Shown here piece by piece: positions 17,669 through 27,068 of a DNA stretch of 64,000 nt (position 1 is its first letter; every line of letters begins with the position of its first letter). Below the pieces are notes generated by a model, which worked only from the letters and a program-made list of their open reading frames with translations, did no database searches and was not told the DNA's origin. The DNA is from Candidatus Levyibacteriota bacterium (GTDB taxonomy: Bacteria; Patescibacteriota; Microgenomatia; Levybacterales; UBA12049). A program made the translations under genes and the position numbers. The DNA lies in the NCBI GenBank assembly GCA_029260965.1, contig JAJDCG010000001.1:312012-376011 (forward strand), written 5' to 3'.

Positions 17669-18397
17669 CTAAGCGTAGTGGGGGTTTATTGATTTGACTG
17701 CAGGGAGAATTTTTTTATCAGCCAGATATTTAAGCATTGCTTTCATAGCAACATATGTAAGTGCAATTCCTGCAGCGAAAACAAGCCTTTCTGTTATTAC
17801 AACAGGGATAAGTCCTTTCCAGACCTCAGCTGGTAGATTAAATGCCCAGATCCAGGCAGCTCCTCCAACTGCATGCTGTGTAAATGTAGCACCAAGTGCT
17901 CTCATATAAAGATTTTTCCTAAAGAAATAAGCAATAAATGGAATTGTCCAGAAAAGAGTAAAGTAAGGAACAGTTCTTCCGATTGGATGGGCTACAAATG
18001 CGATTATTGCAATAAGGGTTACAATGAGTGCAAGTTTTGAATTATTTGTTTTTGTTTTTTCTGACTTTTTGTTTTGAGTTAGCACAGCAAAGTAATAAGT
18101 TGCAAAAAGAACAGGGAAAAGTCTGATGATTGATCCAAGCTCAATTGGGGTTTGTTTGATTATAACGTTAGTTACTTCAACTCCAAGAACTGTCAGTATT
18201 CCAAAAAGTGGCCCAAGGAATGCACCAGCAATTGGAGCAAAGAAGTCAAAAAGAGTAAATGATACATTGCCACCACCAATCAGCTGAGTAAAAGGCATAT
18301 TTAGTCCAGCTAGTCCGAGGATAAAAAAGATACCGATGAATTTTAGCTTGTTGCTTGTCACGAGGATTACTTTAATATAAATATTTTCTCTTGTCAA
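17669..18397 (-). CDS. Polytopic membrane protein, possible ECF-type transporter substrate-binding (S) component
   Basis: About 6 predicted TM helices; size and topology resemble ECF S-components. It lies immediately downstream of the CofE-like gene. The family call is tentative. Confidence 0.4.
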   Translation of the reverse strand: MTRENIYIKVILVTSNKLKFIGIFFILGLAGLNMPFTQLIGGGNVSFTLFDFFAPIAGAFLGPLFGILTVLGVEVTNVIIKQTPIELGSIIRLFPVLFATYYFAVLTQNKKSEKTKTNNSKLALIVTLIAIIAFVAHPIGRTVPYFTLFWTIPFIAYFFRKNLYMRALGATFTQHAVGGAAWIWAFNLPAEVWKGLIPVVITERLVFAAGIALTYVAMKAMLKYLADKKILPAVKSINPHYA

Positions 18398-18409
18398 GGG
18401 AGAGGGTGG

Positions 18410-18814
18410 TTATTGGTTTTGTTTTTGCTGGTTAATTTTTTTCTGATCTTCAAAAAATTTTACCAACTCAGCTATTATGTCTGTTGCTTCCATTTGAGCT
18501 TTGATGAAGAATCCATCAGCACCTAGGCCGAAGCATTCCTTGATGATGTTGTCCTGTCCCAGATTGGTGAGAAGAAAGATAGGAGTCTTGATTGCAGGAG
18601 ATCCAGGAGCTCGAAGAATTTTTAGCACCTCAATACCGTTCATTTTGGGCATCATTATATCGAGTAGGATAACATCGTATATATTTGATTTTGCCATATT
18701 AACACCTGCTTCTCCATCTTTTGCTAGAGTAATTTCATATCCAGCATTAGAGAATACTCTGTGATAGATATCCTGTATGTAGTGATCGTCTTCAACTAAT
18801 AAGATTTTTTTCAT
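18410..18814 (-). CDS. Single-domain response regulator (CheY-like receiver)
   Basis: LLVEDD...DVILLDIMMPKMNG...LTNLGQ: receiver domain with conserved Asp positions; no output domain. Confidence 0.85.
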   Translation of the reverse strand: MKKILLVEDDHYIQDIYHRVFSNAGYEITLAKDGEAGVNMAKSNIYDVILLDIMMPKMNGIEVLKILRAPGSPAIKTPIFLLTNLGQDNIIKECFGLGADGFFIKAQMEATDIIAELVKFFEDQKKINQQKQNQ

Positions 18815-18892
18815 ATATTTATTATTTCAACACAGGCTTTACGTTTTGTCAATTTGTTATTTGGTTGATTCAGCTCTAAATTATTGTGTTAT

Positions 18893-21211
18893 TTAGCTAG
18901 TATTTTTTTTGTTTCGATCTGGGTTTACAAAAAATCCCTTGCTGGAAACGGTAGTTTTACTAGATGTTTTGAAATTGTCAATGTCTTTTTGCGAAGCGAT
19001 AGGTAGTTTAAAAAAGAATGTAGAGCCTTTTCCTACTGTGCTTTCTACCCAGATTTTTCCATCATGGAGATCCAATATAGACTTGGTTATAAAAAGCCCC
19101 AGACCTGTTCCCTTTGATCCCTGCTCAAGCTTACCTCCGACGCGGAAGAATTTGCTAAATAGTCTGGATATTGCAGCCTCTGGTATTCCTTCTCCATTAT
19201 CTGATATTTTTGTCAAGATAAAGTTGTCCTGTTTTTCTACTGAGATAGAAATTTTCCCCTCAGGAGGTGAATAGTTGATGGCATTTGCTACAAGATTAGT
19301 AAATACTTCTATGATTCTAAATTTGTCCAGCAGTACAAGTGGTAAATCTTCTTTTGGTTTCACTAGGGTGATTATTTGTTTTTTCGTTTTTGCTACTTGT
19401 TCCAGGTCTTTGATGGCGATTTCTGCTAGTTCAAGCAGATTGTAGGGTCTTTTGTCCAGTTGGAGTGTGCCTTTTTCTATTCGTGATGCATTGAGAAGGT
19501 TGTCTACCAGGTTGCTGAGATTGGAGGAGCTGTTGATTATTCTAAGCATAAATTCCTTTTGTTCTTCAGTAGCATTTTCCCAGATCTCGTCTTTGAGCAT
19601 CTTAGAATATCCTCTCATGGCAGTAATTGGAGTTCTGAGTTCATGGGCAGCCATAGAAACAAAATCAATTTTCATATTTTCTAATTCTTGTTCCTTTGAT
19701 ATGTCAAAAAATGTGATGATATATCGTATGTCTGAAATAATTTCAGGTTTTATAGCAATAAAAATTGCCTGAATTGTTTTATTTTTTTTACTTGCTGTAT
19801 TAAAGCTTAGGGTTTTTGATATAAGTCCAGATTTTGCGTTTGAACAAAGTTCTCGAATGTTAACATCTAAATCTTTTTCCTGAAATCTTAAAGTATCTTC
19901 AATATTGTGATTGATAATAGATGAGGTTTTTATTTCTAAAATTTCTGAAGAAGCGTTATTCTGTAGGAGTATTTTTAAATTCTTATCTAAGGCTATTACA
20001 CCATCAGCAATGTTGCCAAGAATAGTAGAGAGGGTATCTTTTTCAGCAATTAAAGAATTCCTATCCTGTTTTAGTTTTTGTGCCATTTCGTGATAGTAGG
20101 ATGCTAGTCTTTCTAGCTCATCACCTGTATTAATAGAAAAATCATAGTCGAAATCTCCTTTTCCAATCTGCACAGTTCCTTTTACGAGCTCCTTAATGGG
20201 AGATACGAGTCTTTGTGAGAATAAAAAGCTAAGTAGAAAGGCAAAAGAAAGTGGAAGGGAAAACAAGATGATAGCTTGTCTTTGAATTCTGGATATGTCC
20301 GATGAAATGTCACTAATTGGTTGTTCTGCGACAATTGACCAATCGGTTTTGTTAATTTGAGAAAGAGTAGTTAGCACATCGGTTCCATCAGTATTGGTTG
20401 ACGCATAGGGATCAATTACAGCATCTTTTAGAAGTTCTTTAGATAGTATATCTTTTATTTTTTTGTCTGATTGATTGTTGTTATTTTTGCCAATTTTTGA
20501 ACCATCTGGATGAGCTATTATCTTGCGGTCTCTGTCAATCATATACACATAACCATTTTGTCCAATACTTAGGGAGGTCGCATCATTTCCGAAACGACTA
20601 AGATCTATTTCACCAACAACTACACCGTAGATTTCTCCTGGACTACGTTGGGTAATTTGAAAGCTGGAGAAGGTCAGAAGTGAGCTAGATCGCTCCGGGA
20701 AAACGACGGGCACAGCGATTGTAATTTTTGGTTTATTATTTTTATGAAACATAACATCGCTGATATACTCGTTGCCGTAGCGAAATGTAGTAATTTTAAA
20801 TTCTGGATTTTCTTTAATATTTTTAAGTTCATTTTTAGGATAAATTTTATTTCTTGAAACTTTGACAATCTCATTTCCAGAAGAATCAGCATAAGTAAGT
20901 GTTTCTATGTCTGGGTCCTGTTGTAGGAAGTTTAGCAAGTCTTCTTCTATCAAATTCTCATCCCCACTAAGTATTGCAGCATTTTGAGAATGTGATAGAA
21001 AGCCCAGCAGTTTTGTATTTAGAAAATTTTCTACATTTCTTGCCGCTTCTTGTGTTACAACAATGATATTATTCTCTGAATTATTATATGCAGATTTTTC
21101 AGCATTAAAATACCAGAATGCATTCGAGACCAGGAATGGAAAAATAACTATTAGAAGAGAAAAAATGAGAGTTTTTTCTCTTAGATTTAATTTTGAGAGT
21201 GGTAATTTCAC
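18893..21211 (-). CDS. Sensor histidine kinase (TM, extracytoplasmic sensor domain, HAMP, PAS, HisKA-HATPase_c)
   Basis: N-terminal TM and a periplasmic Cache-like region, a second TM, HAMP, an H-box (MAAHELRTPIT) and N/G boxes (DNGEGIP...GTGLGL). Confidence 0.85.
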   Translation of the reverse strand: MKLPLSKLNLREKTLIFSLLIVIFPFLVSNAFWYFNAEKSAYNNSENNIIVVTQEAARNVENFLNTKLLGFLSHSQNAAILSGDENLIEEDLLNFLQQDPDIETLTYADSSGNEIVKVSRNKIYPKNELKNIKENPEFKITTFRYGNEYISDVMFHKNNKPKITIAVPVVFPERSSSLLTFSSFQITQRSPGEIYGVVVGEIDLSRFGNDATSLSIGQNGYVYMIDRDRKIIAHPDGSKIGKNNNNQSDKKIKDILSKELLKDAVIDPYASTNTDGTDVLTTLSQINKTDWSIVAEQPISDISSDISRIQRQAIILFSLPLSFAFLLSFLFSQRLVSPIKELVKGTVQIGKGDFDYDFSINTGDELERLASYYHEMAQKLKQDRNSLIAEKDTLSTILGNIADGVIALDKNLKILLQNNASSEILEIKTSSIINHNIEDTLRFQEKDLDVNIRELCSNAKSGLISKTLSFNTASKKNKTIQAIFIAIKPEIISDIRYIITFFDISKEQELENMKIDFVSMAAHELRTPITAMRGYSKMLKDEIWENATEEQKEFMLRIINSSSNLSNLVDNLLNASRIEKGTLQLDKRPYNLLELAEIAIKDLEQVAKTKKQIITLVKPKEDLPLVLLDKFRIIEVFTNLVANAINYSPPEGKISISVEKQDNFILTKISDNGEGIPEAAISRLFSKFFRVGGKLEQGSKGTGLGLFITKSILDLHDGKIWVESTVGKGSTFFFKLPIASQKDIDNFKTSSKTTVSSKGFFVNPDRNKKNTS

Positions 21212-21328
21212 GCGATTACTCTTATCGTAGCATATGGTAGGTGGTGATTGACAAGTATAAAAATACTTGTTATTAATATATTAACCTATTGATTTGCATT
21301 CGTTCTGTTAGAGAGTAGGAGCAAAATT

Positions 21329-21940
21329 ATGAAAAATCACAAAAAGTCATCCATTTTTTCAATAATTTTAGTTATAACATTACTGGTTGTTTCATTTTTG
21401 CTCTATGTAAAGTCAAATGAAGTAAAGGAGCTTGAGAGACAAAATATTGCAGAGGCCACAATTCAGCTACCTAGAGATGCTATAAAACTTTCTGGATGTG
21501 TTCCATTTATGGGTGAACATTGGGCAGTGCCCGAGGATCTTCCTTTTGGTCCGACTTATTTGGTCAATAATAATCAGGTTATCGGAATTGAATATATGTT
21601 CAGGATGAATGAGATACCGGGTGAATTCTTGGCAAATGCTGATTCTGTGACTGCACAGCACCATTTGCAAGAAAATAATTTGGGGCTTTCTGACATAGTT
21701 GAGCATACTTTTACATTCCCATTGAGCAATCTGAAGTATAAATTTGCTGCACTAGACTGGTCAGCTCCCCATGCAGGTTTTGTGGAGCCTCATTTTGATA
21801 TGCATTTTTACCTCATAGATAAAGAGGAAGCCAAAACAGTTTGTCCAGACTCAACTCTTCTCGATGTTCAGAGCCCAGAGTTGGAGCAGATGCTTCAAGA
21901 AAATTCTGTTCCTTATATACCACTTCCACAAGACCAGTAA
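21329..21940 (+). CDS. Hypothetical secreted/membrane-anchored protein
   Basis: AGGAG SD 8 nt upstream; N-terminal TM/signal (IFSIILVITLLVVSFLLYV); no recognisable domain. Confidence 0.5.
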   Translation: MKNHKKSSIFSIILVITLLVVSFLLYVKSNEVKELERQNIAEATIQLPRDAIKLSGCVPFMGEHWAVPEDLPFGPTYLVNNNQVIGIEYMFRMNEIPGEFLANADSVTAQHHLQENNLGLSDIVEHTFTFPLSNLKYKFAALDWSAPHAGFVEPHFDMHFYLIDKEEAKTVCPDSTLLDVQSPELEQMLQENSVPYIPLPQDQ

Positions 21941-21945
21941 TGTTT

Positions 21946-22134
21946 TTATTGGATATTAGTTTTTTTCATTGAAAGATAAACATTTGTTGCATCAAAAAAT
22001 TCCTCCAAGTGTCCTTTGTCAACTGAAACATGCACTATATTTGCCTCTGGTACATTTTCTCCATAAACAACCAGGTCAACATGTTTATTAAATTTTTTAG
22101 CACTATCAGCAGTAAATTTGTATTTTGTTTTCAT
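21946..22134 (-). CDS. Hypothetical small protein (63 aa from the internal ATG)
   Basis: The ORF-track version (to 22188) overlaps the secA 3' end by 50 nt. The internal ATG at MKTKYKF leaves a 4-nt gap. No known domain. Confidence 0.3.
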   Translation of the reverse strand: MKTKYKFTADSAKKFNKHVDLVVYGENVPEANIVHVSVDKGHLEEFFDATNVYLSMKKTNIQ

Positions 22135-22138
22135 ATAT

Positions 22139-24925
22139 TTATCCAATCTCAGGATAATGGCATTTTTTGAATTTTTTACTACTTCCACACCAGCAGGGAT
22201 CGTTGCGGCCTAGTTTTTTCTGCGATTTGGCTACGTTTTGTTTTTTTGTATCTGTTGAGATCTCACTGGCTGGCGTGTTGGTCGTGGCGTGATCTGTATG
22301 TTTTGGTAGATCTGGAAGGACGCTTGTTGCTTTAGTAGGGGAAATTTTTGCATTATCAGCGTTAGTTTGGGCATGGGTTGGTCCTGGATGAACGGATCCG
22401 TCTTCGTGCGTATGTGTTTGTTGTTGGACCTGTACTTTATAGATTCTATGAACTATCTCATCATCAATTGAGCTCATGAGATTTTCAAACATTTTAAATC
22501 CTTCATTTTTATACTCAACTAACGGATCTTTTTGGGCATAACCCCTCAGGCCGATTCCTCCCCGTAGGCTATCCATAGCATCTAGATGATTCATCCAGAG
22601 TTTGTCTATAGTTCCCAGCATCACAAATTTTTCAACCCGTCTCATCAGTTCTCCTCCAAGTTGATTCTCTTTTTGTCTGTAAAGATCGTTGGCAATTTTT
22701 TTCAGGAATTCTATTTTTTCCTCTGCTGAGCCTGCTTGCTGGAGTTGCGTTATCAATTGTTTTTGTGAAGCAGGATCAAATGGAATTATGATGGTGAAAT
22801 CTGTCACGATAGCTTCATTTATGTTATCGAGTTTTTCTGGATCAGAAGCGGCTCGATTTACGATCATGCTGATTGCAGACTCGATTCTTTCCTGTACCTC
22901 TTCTTTTAGGGCTGTATCTTTTTCTATTTCTGATTCAAGCACTTTTCGTCTGAGATCATAGATTATTTCTCTTTGTTTATTGAGAACATCATCGTATTCA
23001 ACAAGGTGTTTTCTGGTATCAAAATTGAATCCTTCTACTTTGACCTGTGCATTTTCAATTGATTTGGAAACGAGTGGGTGTTCAAGTGGTACATCCTCTG
23101 GCATATTAAATCTGGTCATGATACTGGCGACTCGGTCTCCACCAAAGATTCTCATTATCTCATCATCAAGCGCGACAAAAAATTTGGATGCACCAGGATC
23201 ACCCTGACGGCCTGAACGGCCTCTGAGCTGATTATCAATACGTCTTGATTCGTGTCTCTCAGTCCCTATGACGTATAGTCCACCGAGTTTTTTTACCTCA
23301 TCATGTTCTTTTTTCCATTTTTTGTACTCTGGAGAATTTTGTTTTGTTGAACCATCTGCTTTTTTAGGTGGTTCTCCGCCTAGAACTATATCAACTCCAC
23401 GACCCGCCATGTTGGTTGCCACTGTCACAGCGCCTATTTTGCCTGCATCGGCGATGATCTCTGCCTCTCTCAAATGGTTTTTGGCATTTAACAGTTCAAA
23501 TCTTATCTTCCGTCTTTTGAGAAATTCTCCTATGATCTCATTTTTTTCAATAGAAGTTGTGCCGATTAGTATTGGTTGACCAGTTTTGTGTACCGCCTCT
23601 ATTTCTGAGACAACAGCCGATATTTTGGCGCGTCCTGTTTTATAAACAGCATCTGAATTATCAATTCTGGCGAGGGGATTATTGGTGGGAATTACAACTA
23701 CATCCAGGTTGTAGATTTTGCGGAACTCCTCAGACTCTGTAACAGCAGTACCAGTCATGCCAGCGAGTATTTCATACATGCGGAAATAATTCTGTAGCGA
23801 TACAGTTGCAAGCGTTTTTGACTCGCGTTGAATGGCTACATTTTCTTTTGCCTCAATCGCTTGATGGATTCCGTCTGAGAGACGTCTACCCTCCATGAGT
23901 CGTCCTGTGAATTCATCAACTAGTATTACTTGATTATCTTTGACTATGTAGTCTTTCTCTTTTTTAAAAAGAGTACGAGCTTTTAGTGCTGCCTCCAGGT
24001 GATATACGGTATCAAAATCTTTTTCATAAATATCTTTGACACCGTAAAGTTTTTCAATTTTTCCAATTCCATGATCTGTGAGGTGAACAGTGCGGAGTTT
24101 TTCATCAATGTTATAGTCAGTATCTGATGAAAGTTTGTCTACGACTTTAGCATATTCATAATAACGTGCAGATGGTGATTCGTCAGGTGCTGAGATGATG
24201 TGGGGAGTACGCGCTTCATCAATAAGCACAGAGTCTACTTCATCAACGACCGCGAAGTAGTAGCCTCTCTGCCTAAGATTTTTGACTTCATTTTCCATGT
24301 TGTCCCTGAGGTAATCAAAACCAAATTCTGAGTTAATGCCATATGTTACGTCAGCAGAATATGCTTCTTTTCTTGATATGGGTTTTAAGTGTGCAAGTTT
24401 GAAATCTTTGGCATTCTTGTCATTAAATTTAGAATCGTAAATGAAAGATTCATTGTTGATAATTGATGAGACACTTATGCCAAGTAGGTCAAAAACAGGA
24501 CCCATCCAACCTGCATCACGACGTGCTAGATAATCGTTGACAGTAACAAGATGAACACCCTTGCCAGTTAGTGCATGGAGATATAAGGCGGGAAGAGCAG
24601 ATAGGGTTTTGCCTTCACCTGTTTTTTGCTCAGCTATCTTACCTTGTGACAGAACAACTGCTGCCATAATCTGGACATCAAAATGTCTCATGCCCACGGC
24701 TCGTAGGGATGCTTCACGAACGAGAGCAAATGCCTCAGGTAGTATGTCCTCAAGCCTTTCATTTCTGGAAACTCTTTTTTTGAACTCTTCTGTTTTTTTG
24801 GGGAAATCAGTATCCTTCAATTTTTGCATTTTTGGTTCAAGCGATGCTACCTGGTCAACGATTGGCTGAAGGCCTGAAACCTCGCGGTTATTGGAATCAA
24901 AGAGCTTATTTAATATGCCTAGCAT
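22139..24925 (-). CDS. secA: Preprotein translocase ATPase SecA
   Basis: DEAD-like motor motifs and a C-terminal zinc-binding tail (CWCGSSKKFKKCH); 928 aa. Confidence 0.95.
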   Translation of the reverse strand: MLGILNKLFDSNNREVSGLQPIVDQVASLEPKMQKLKDTDFPKKTEEFKKRVSRNERLEDILPEAFALVREASLRAVGMRHFDVQIMAAVVLSQGKIAEQKTGEGKTLSALPALYLHALTGKGVHLVTVNDYLARRDAGWMGPVFDLLGISVSSIINNESFIYDSKFNDKNAKDFKLAHLKPISRKEAYSADVTYGINSEFGFDYLRDNMENEVKNLRQRGYYFAVVDEVDSVLIDEARTPHIISAPDESPSARYYEYAKVVDKLSSDTDYNIDEKLRTVHLTDHGIGKIEKLYGVKDIYEKDFDTVYHLEAALKARTLFKKEKDYIVKDNQVILVDEFTGRLMEGRRLSDGIHQAIEAKENVAIQRESKTLATVSLQNYFRMYEILAGMTGTAVTESEEFRKIYNLDVVVIPTNNPLARIDNSDAVYKTGRAKISAVVSEIEAVHKTGQPILIGTTSIEKNEIIGEFLKRRKIRFELLNAKNHLREAEIIADAGKIGAVTVATNMAGRGVDIVLGGEPPKKADGSTKQNSPEYKKWKKEHDEVKKLGGLYVIGTERHESRRIDNQLRGRSGRQGDPGASKFFVALDDEIMRIFGGDRVASIMTRFNMPEDVPLEHPLVSKSIENAQVKVEGFNFDTRKHLVEYDDVLNKQREIIYDLRRKVLESEIEKDTALKEEVQERIESAISMIVNRAASDPEKLDNINEAIVTDFTIIIPFDPASQKQLITQLQQAGSAEEKIEFLKKIANDLYRQKENQLGGELMRRVEKFVMLGTIDKLWMNHLDAMDSLRGGIGLRGYAQKDPLVEYKNEGFKMFENLMSSIDDEIVHRIYKVQVQQQTHTHEDGSVHPGPTHAQTNADNAKISPTKATSVLPDLPKHTDHATTNTPASEISTDTKKQNVAKSQKKLGRNDPCWCGSSKKFKKCHYPEIG

Positions 24926-25061
24926 GGTTTTTGTTTTGTCATCCTGAGTAGCGCGAAGGATCTAAGCTAAACAATGTTTTTGTAGAGATTCACCTCTCTC
25001 GCTAAGCGGGATCAGAATGACAATGCGTATTTAATATTAGCATATACTAGGCTCATAAACA

Positions 25062-25092
25062 AGAAAAACCCCTCACCTGATCAGGTGAGGGG
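25062..25092 (-). terminator. Perfect 10-bp palindromic hairpin (CCCCTCACCT GATC AGGTGAGGGG) with a T-run on the minus strand
   Basis: Forward 25069-25092. The minus strand reads hairpin then TTTTTCTTG (forward A-run 25064-25068). It sits directly 3' of the tiny K-rich ORF. Confidence 0.45.
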
Positions 25093-25100
25093 TTAATAGG

Positions 25101-25142
25101 TTACTTTTTTTTAGCTTTTTTAGCTTTTTTCTTTGCTGGCAT
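25101..25142 (-). CDS. Candidate micro-ORF encoding MPAKKKAKKAKKK (13 aa)
   Basis: Canonical SD (AAGGGAGGTGA) 6 nt upstream of the ATG, TAA stop, then the perfect terminator hairpin. Too short for the ORF track. Confidence 0.25.
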   Translation of the reverse strand: MPAKKKAKKAKKK

Positions 25143-25318
25143 GAAGAATCACCTCCCTTTGATTTATTTCGCAAATTTATGAAATAAATATTAATATAAT
25201 AGTCGTTTTTTGTCAGATTATTGTCAAGAAAATAGCGAGCTTCAAAAAAGGGGATTTGGATTGATTTGAAGCCAAAAATCACGAATGAGAATTATTTTTT
25301 TTAATATTTTTATTTTAC

Positions 25319-26575
25319 TTATTCTCCAATACTAATCTTCTCTTTGCCCATGTATTTCTGGAGAATTTTGGGGATAATAATTGATCCGTCTTCCTGCTGG
25401 TAGTTTTCAAGAATTGCAACTAGCGTTCTACCAATTGCGAACACGGTTCCATTTAGGACATGTGCGTATAATTTTTCTGATCCGTCAGTATATTTTATGT
25501 TTAATCTACGGGACTGAAAATCAGTAACTGTTGATACAGATGTTACCTCGCGGTATTTGTCTTGAGAGGGGATCCATGCCTCCAGATCATACTTGCGTGC
25601 AGCAGGAAAGCCTAGGTCTCCTGTACACATTTTTACTACTTGATATGGAATTTCTAAGGCTTGGAACAGCTTCTCCTCAATGCTTAATAAAAATTCTTGC
25701 TCTTGGTCATCTTTGCCATCTGTAACAAATGAGACCATTTCTAGCTTATCAAATTGATGAACCCTGAGGATGCCCCGCGTGTCTTTACCGTATGATCCTG
25801 CTTCTCGTCTAAAAGCAGATGAGAAAGCAAGATATCTCTTTGGCATCTCTTTTAGGTTTATCAGATCGTCTTTATGCATTGGGACGATTGAGTGCTCGGC
25901 AGTTCCGACGAGAAATAATCCGTCTTCTTTGAGTTGAAACATATCTTCCTCACCACCATTTTCCATATATCCTAGACCCTTCATGATATCGTCCTTTATC
26001 ATGGTAGGCGGTATCACCAGGCTAAACCCTTCTTTTGTTAGCTCTGCAATGGCGAATTGGATTAGCGCGAATTCCAATAGTGCGGCGTCATTTTTGAGAT
26101 ATGCAAATCTGCTACCAGAGACTTTCGCAGCACTTTCTACATTTATAATGTTAAGACTTTTTCCGAGCTCTAGGTGATCCAGTGGTTTGAAGTCAAACTT
26201 TTTGGGTTTACCCCAGGTTTTGACTACATCATTTTCTGATTCGTCTTTTCCAATTTTGACATCCTCTTTTGCAGGGTTTGGGATTTGCAACAGGAGTGCG
26301 GTAAGCTTTTCATTTAGTGCATGATACTGATCGTCTAATTCTATATATTTTTCTTTAGCCTTTTTCCCTTCTTCTATTTGTTCAGGTGTTGGTTTTCCAG
26401 TAATTGATTTATTTATTTTGTTTCGTTTTTCTGCAATTTCTTGTAAATTTTTCTGTGCTTCACGTTTTTTATTATCTAATTCTAGAATTTTTTTTATATC
26501 AATATCAATTTTTTTATCTTTTGCAGCTTTTTGTATCTTCTCAGGATTGTCGCGGACTAATTTAATATCAAACAT
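25319..26575 (-). CDS. serS: Seryl-tRNA synthetase
   Basis: N-terminal coiled-coil arm plus class-II aaRS motifs (FRREAGS.., GTAE..RTLVAILEN); 418 aa. Confidence 0.95.
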   Translation of the reverse strand: MFDIKLVRDNPEKIQKAAKDKKIDIDIKKILELDNKKREAQKNLQEIAEKRNKINKSITGKPTPEQIEEGKKAKEKYIELDDQYHALNEKLTALLLQIPNPAKEDVKIGKDESENDVVKTWGKPKKFDFKPLDHLELGKSLNIINVESAAKVSGSRFAYLKNDAALLEFALIQFAIAELTKEGFSLVIPPTMIKDDIMKGLGYMENGGEEDMFQLKEDGLFLVGTAEHSIVPMHKDDLINLKEMPKRYLAFSSAFRREAGSYGKDTRGILRVHQFDKLEMVSFVTDGKDDQEQEFLLSIEEKLFQALEIPYQVVKMCTGDLGFPAARKYDLEAWIPSQDKYREVTSVSTVTDFQSRRLNIKYTDGSEKLYAHVLNGTVFAIGRTLVAILENYQQEDGSIIIPKILQKYMGKEKISIGE

Positions 26576-26663
26576 AATTTAAGAATATCATATGGGTACC
26601 AAGAGTGTCACAAGTACCATGGATAAGGAGATTATATATTTTTATCTATGGATTGGCAATTTG

Positions 26664-27026
26664 TTATTTTAATTTTTTGGGGGAAGCTTTCTTCTTCGTA
26701 GAAGTTTTTGCTTTTACTGTTTTTGTTTTGGAGGCAGGTTTTACCTTTTGAGTTTTAGATGCGGGAGCTGTTTTTTTTGCAACTGGTGCTGATTTTCCAA
26801 TTAATTTTGACAGGGAAGATTTGAGCCTTGAAGATTTATTTTTATGAATTATGTTTGACTTTACAGCCTTGTCAAGCGCTTTGTAGGCCTCATTTAGGCT
26901 TTTGGGTGATTTTGTTTCACGTGCTGTTTTAACAGCTTTTTTGAAAGCTTCTTTTACCTTCTTGTTTCTAACTGTTCTTTTCTTATCCTGCTTGAGCTTT
27001 TTCTTTGCGTGTTTTAGGATTGGCAT
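26664..27026 (-). CDS. rpsT: 30S ribosomal protein S20 with lysine-rich C-terminal extension
   Basis: N-terminal ~75 aa match bS20 (HAKKKLKQDKKRTVRNKKVKEAFKKAVK). The C-terminal ~45 aa are a KxxK/PAK-type histone-H1-like tail. Confidence 0.75.
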   Translation of the reverse strand: MPILKHAKKKLKQDKKRTVRNKKVKEAFKKAVKTARETKSPKSLNEAYKALDKAVKSNIIHKNKSSRLKSSLSKLIGKSAPVAKKTAPASKTQKVKPASKTKTVKAKTSTKKKASPKKLK

Positions 27027-27068
27027 ATAAGTATTTTACCATGATATACTTGTAAATACAATAAATTT

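Noticed and set aside
25073-25282. 69-aa minus-strand ORF between secA and serS
   Set aside because: It spans the terminator hairpin and the micro-ORF in a different frame, has no SD, and gives a low-complexity translation. It is likely spurious.
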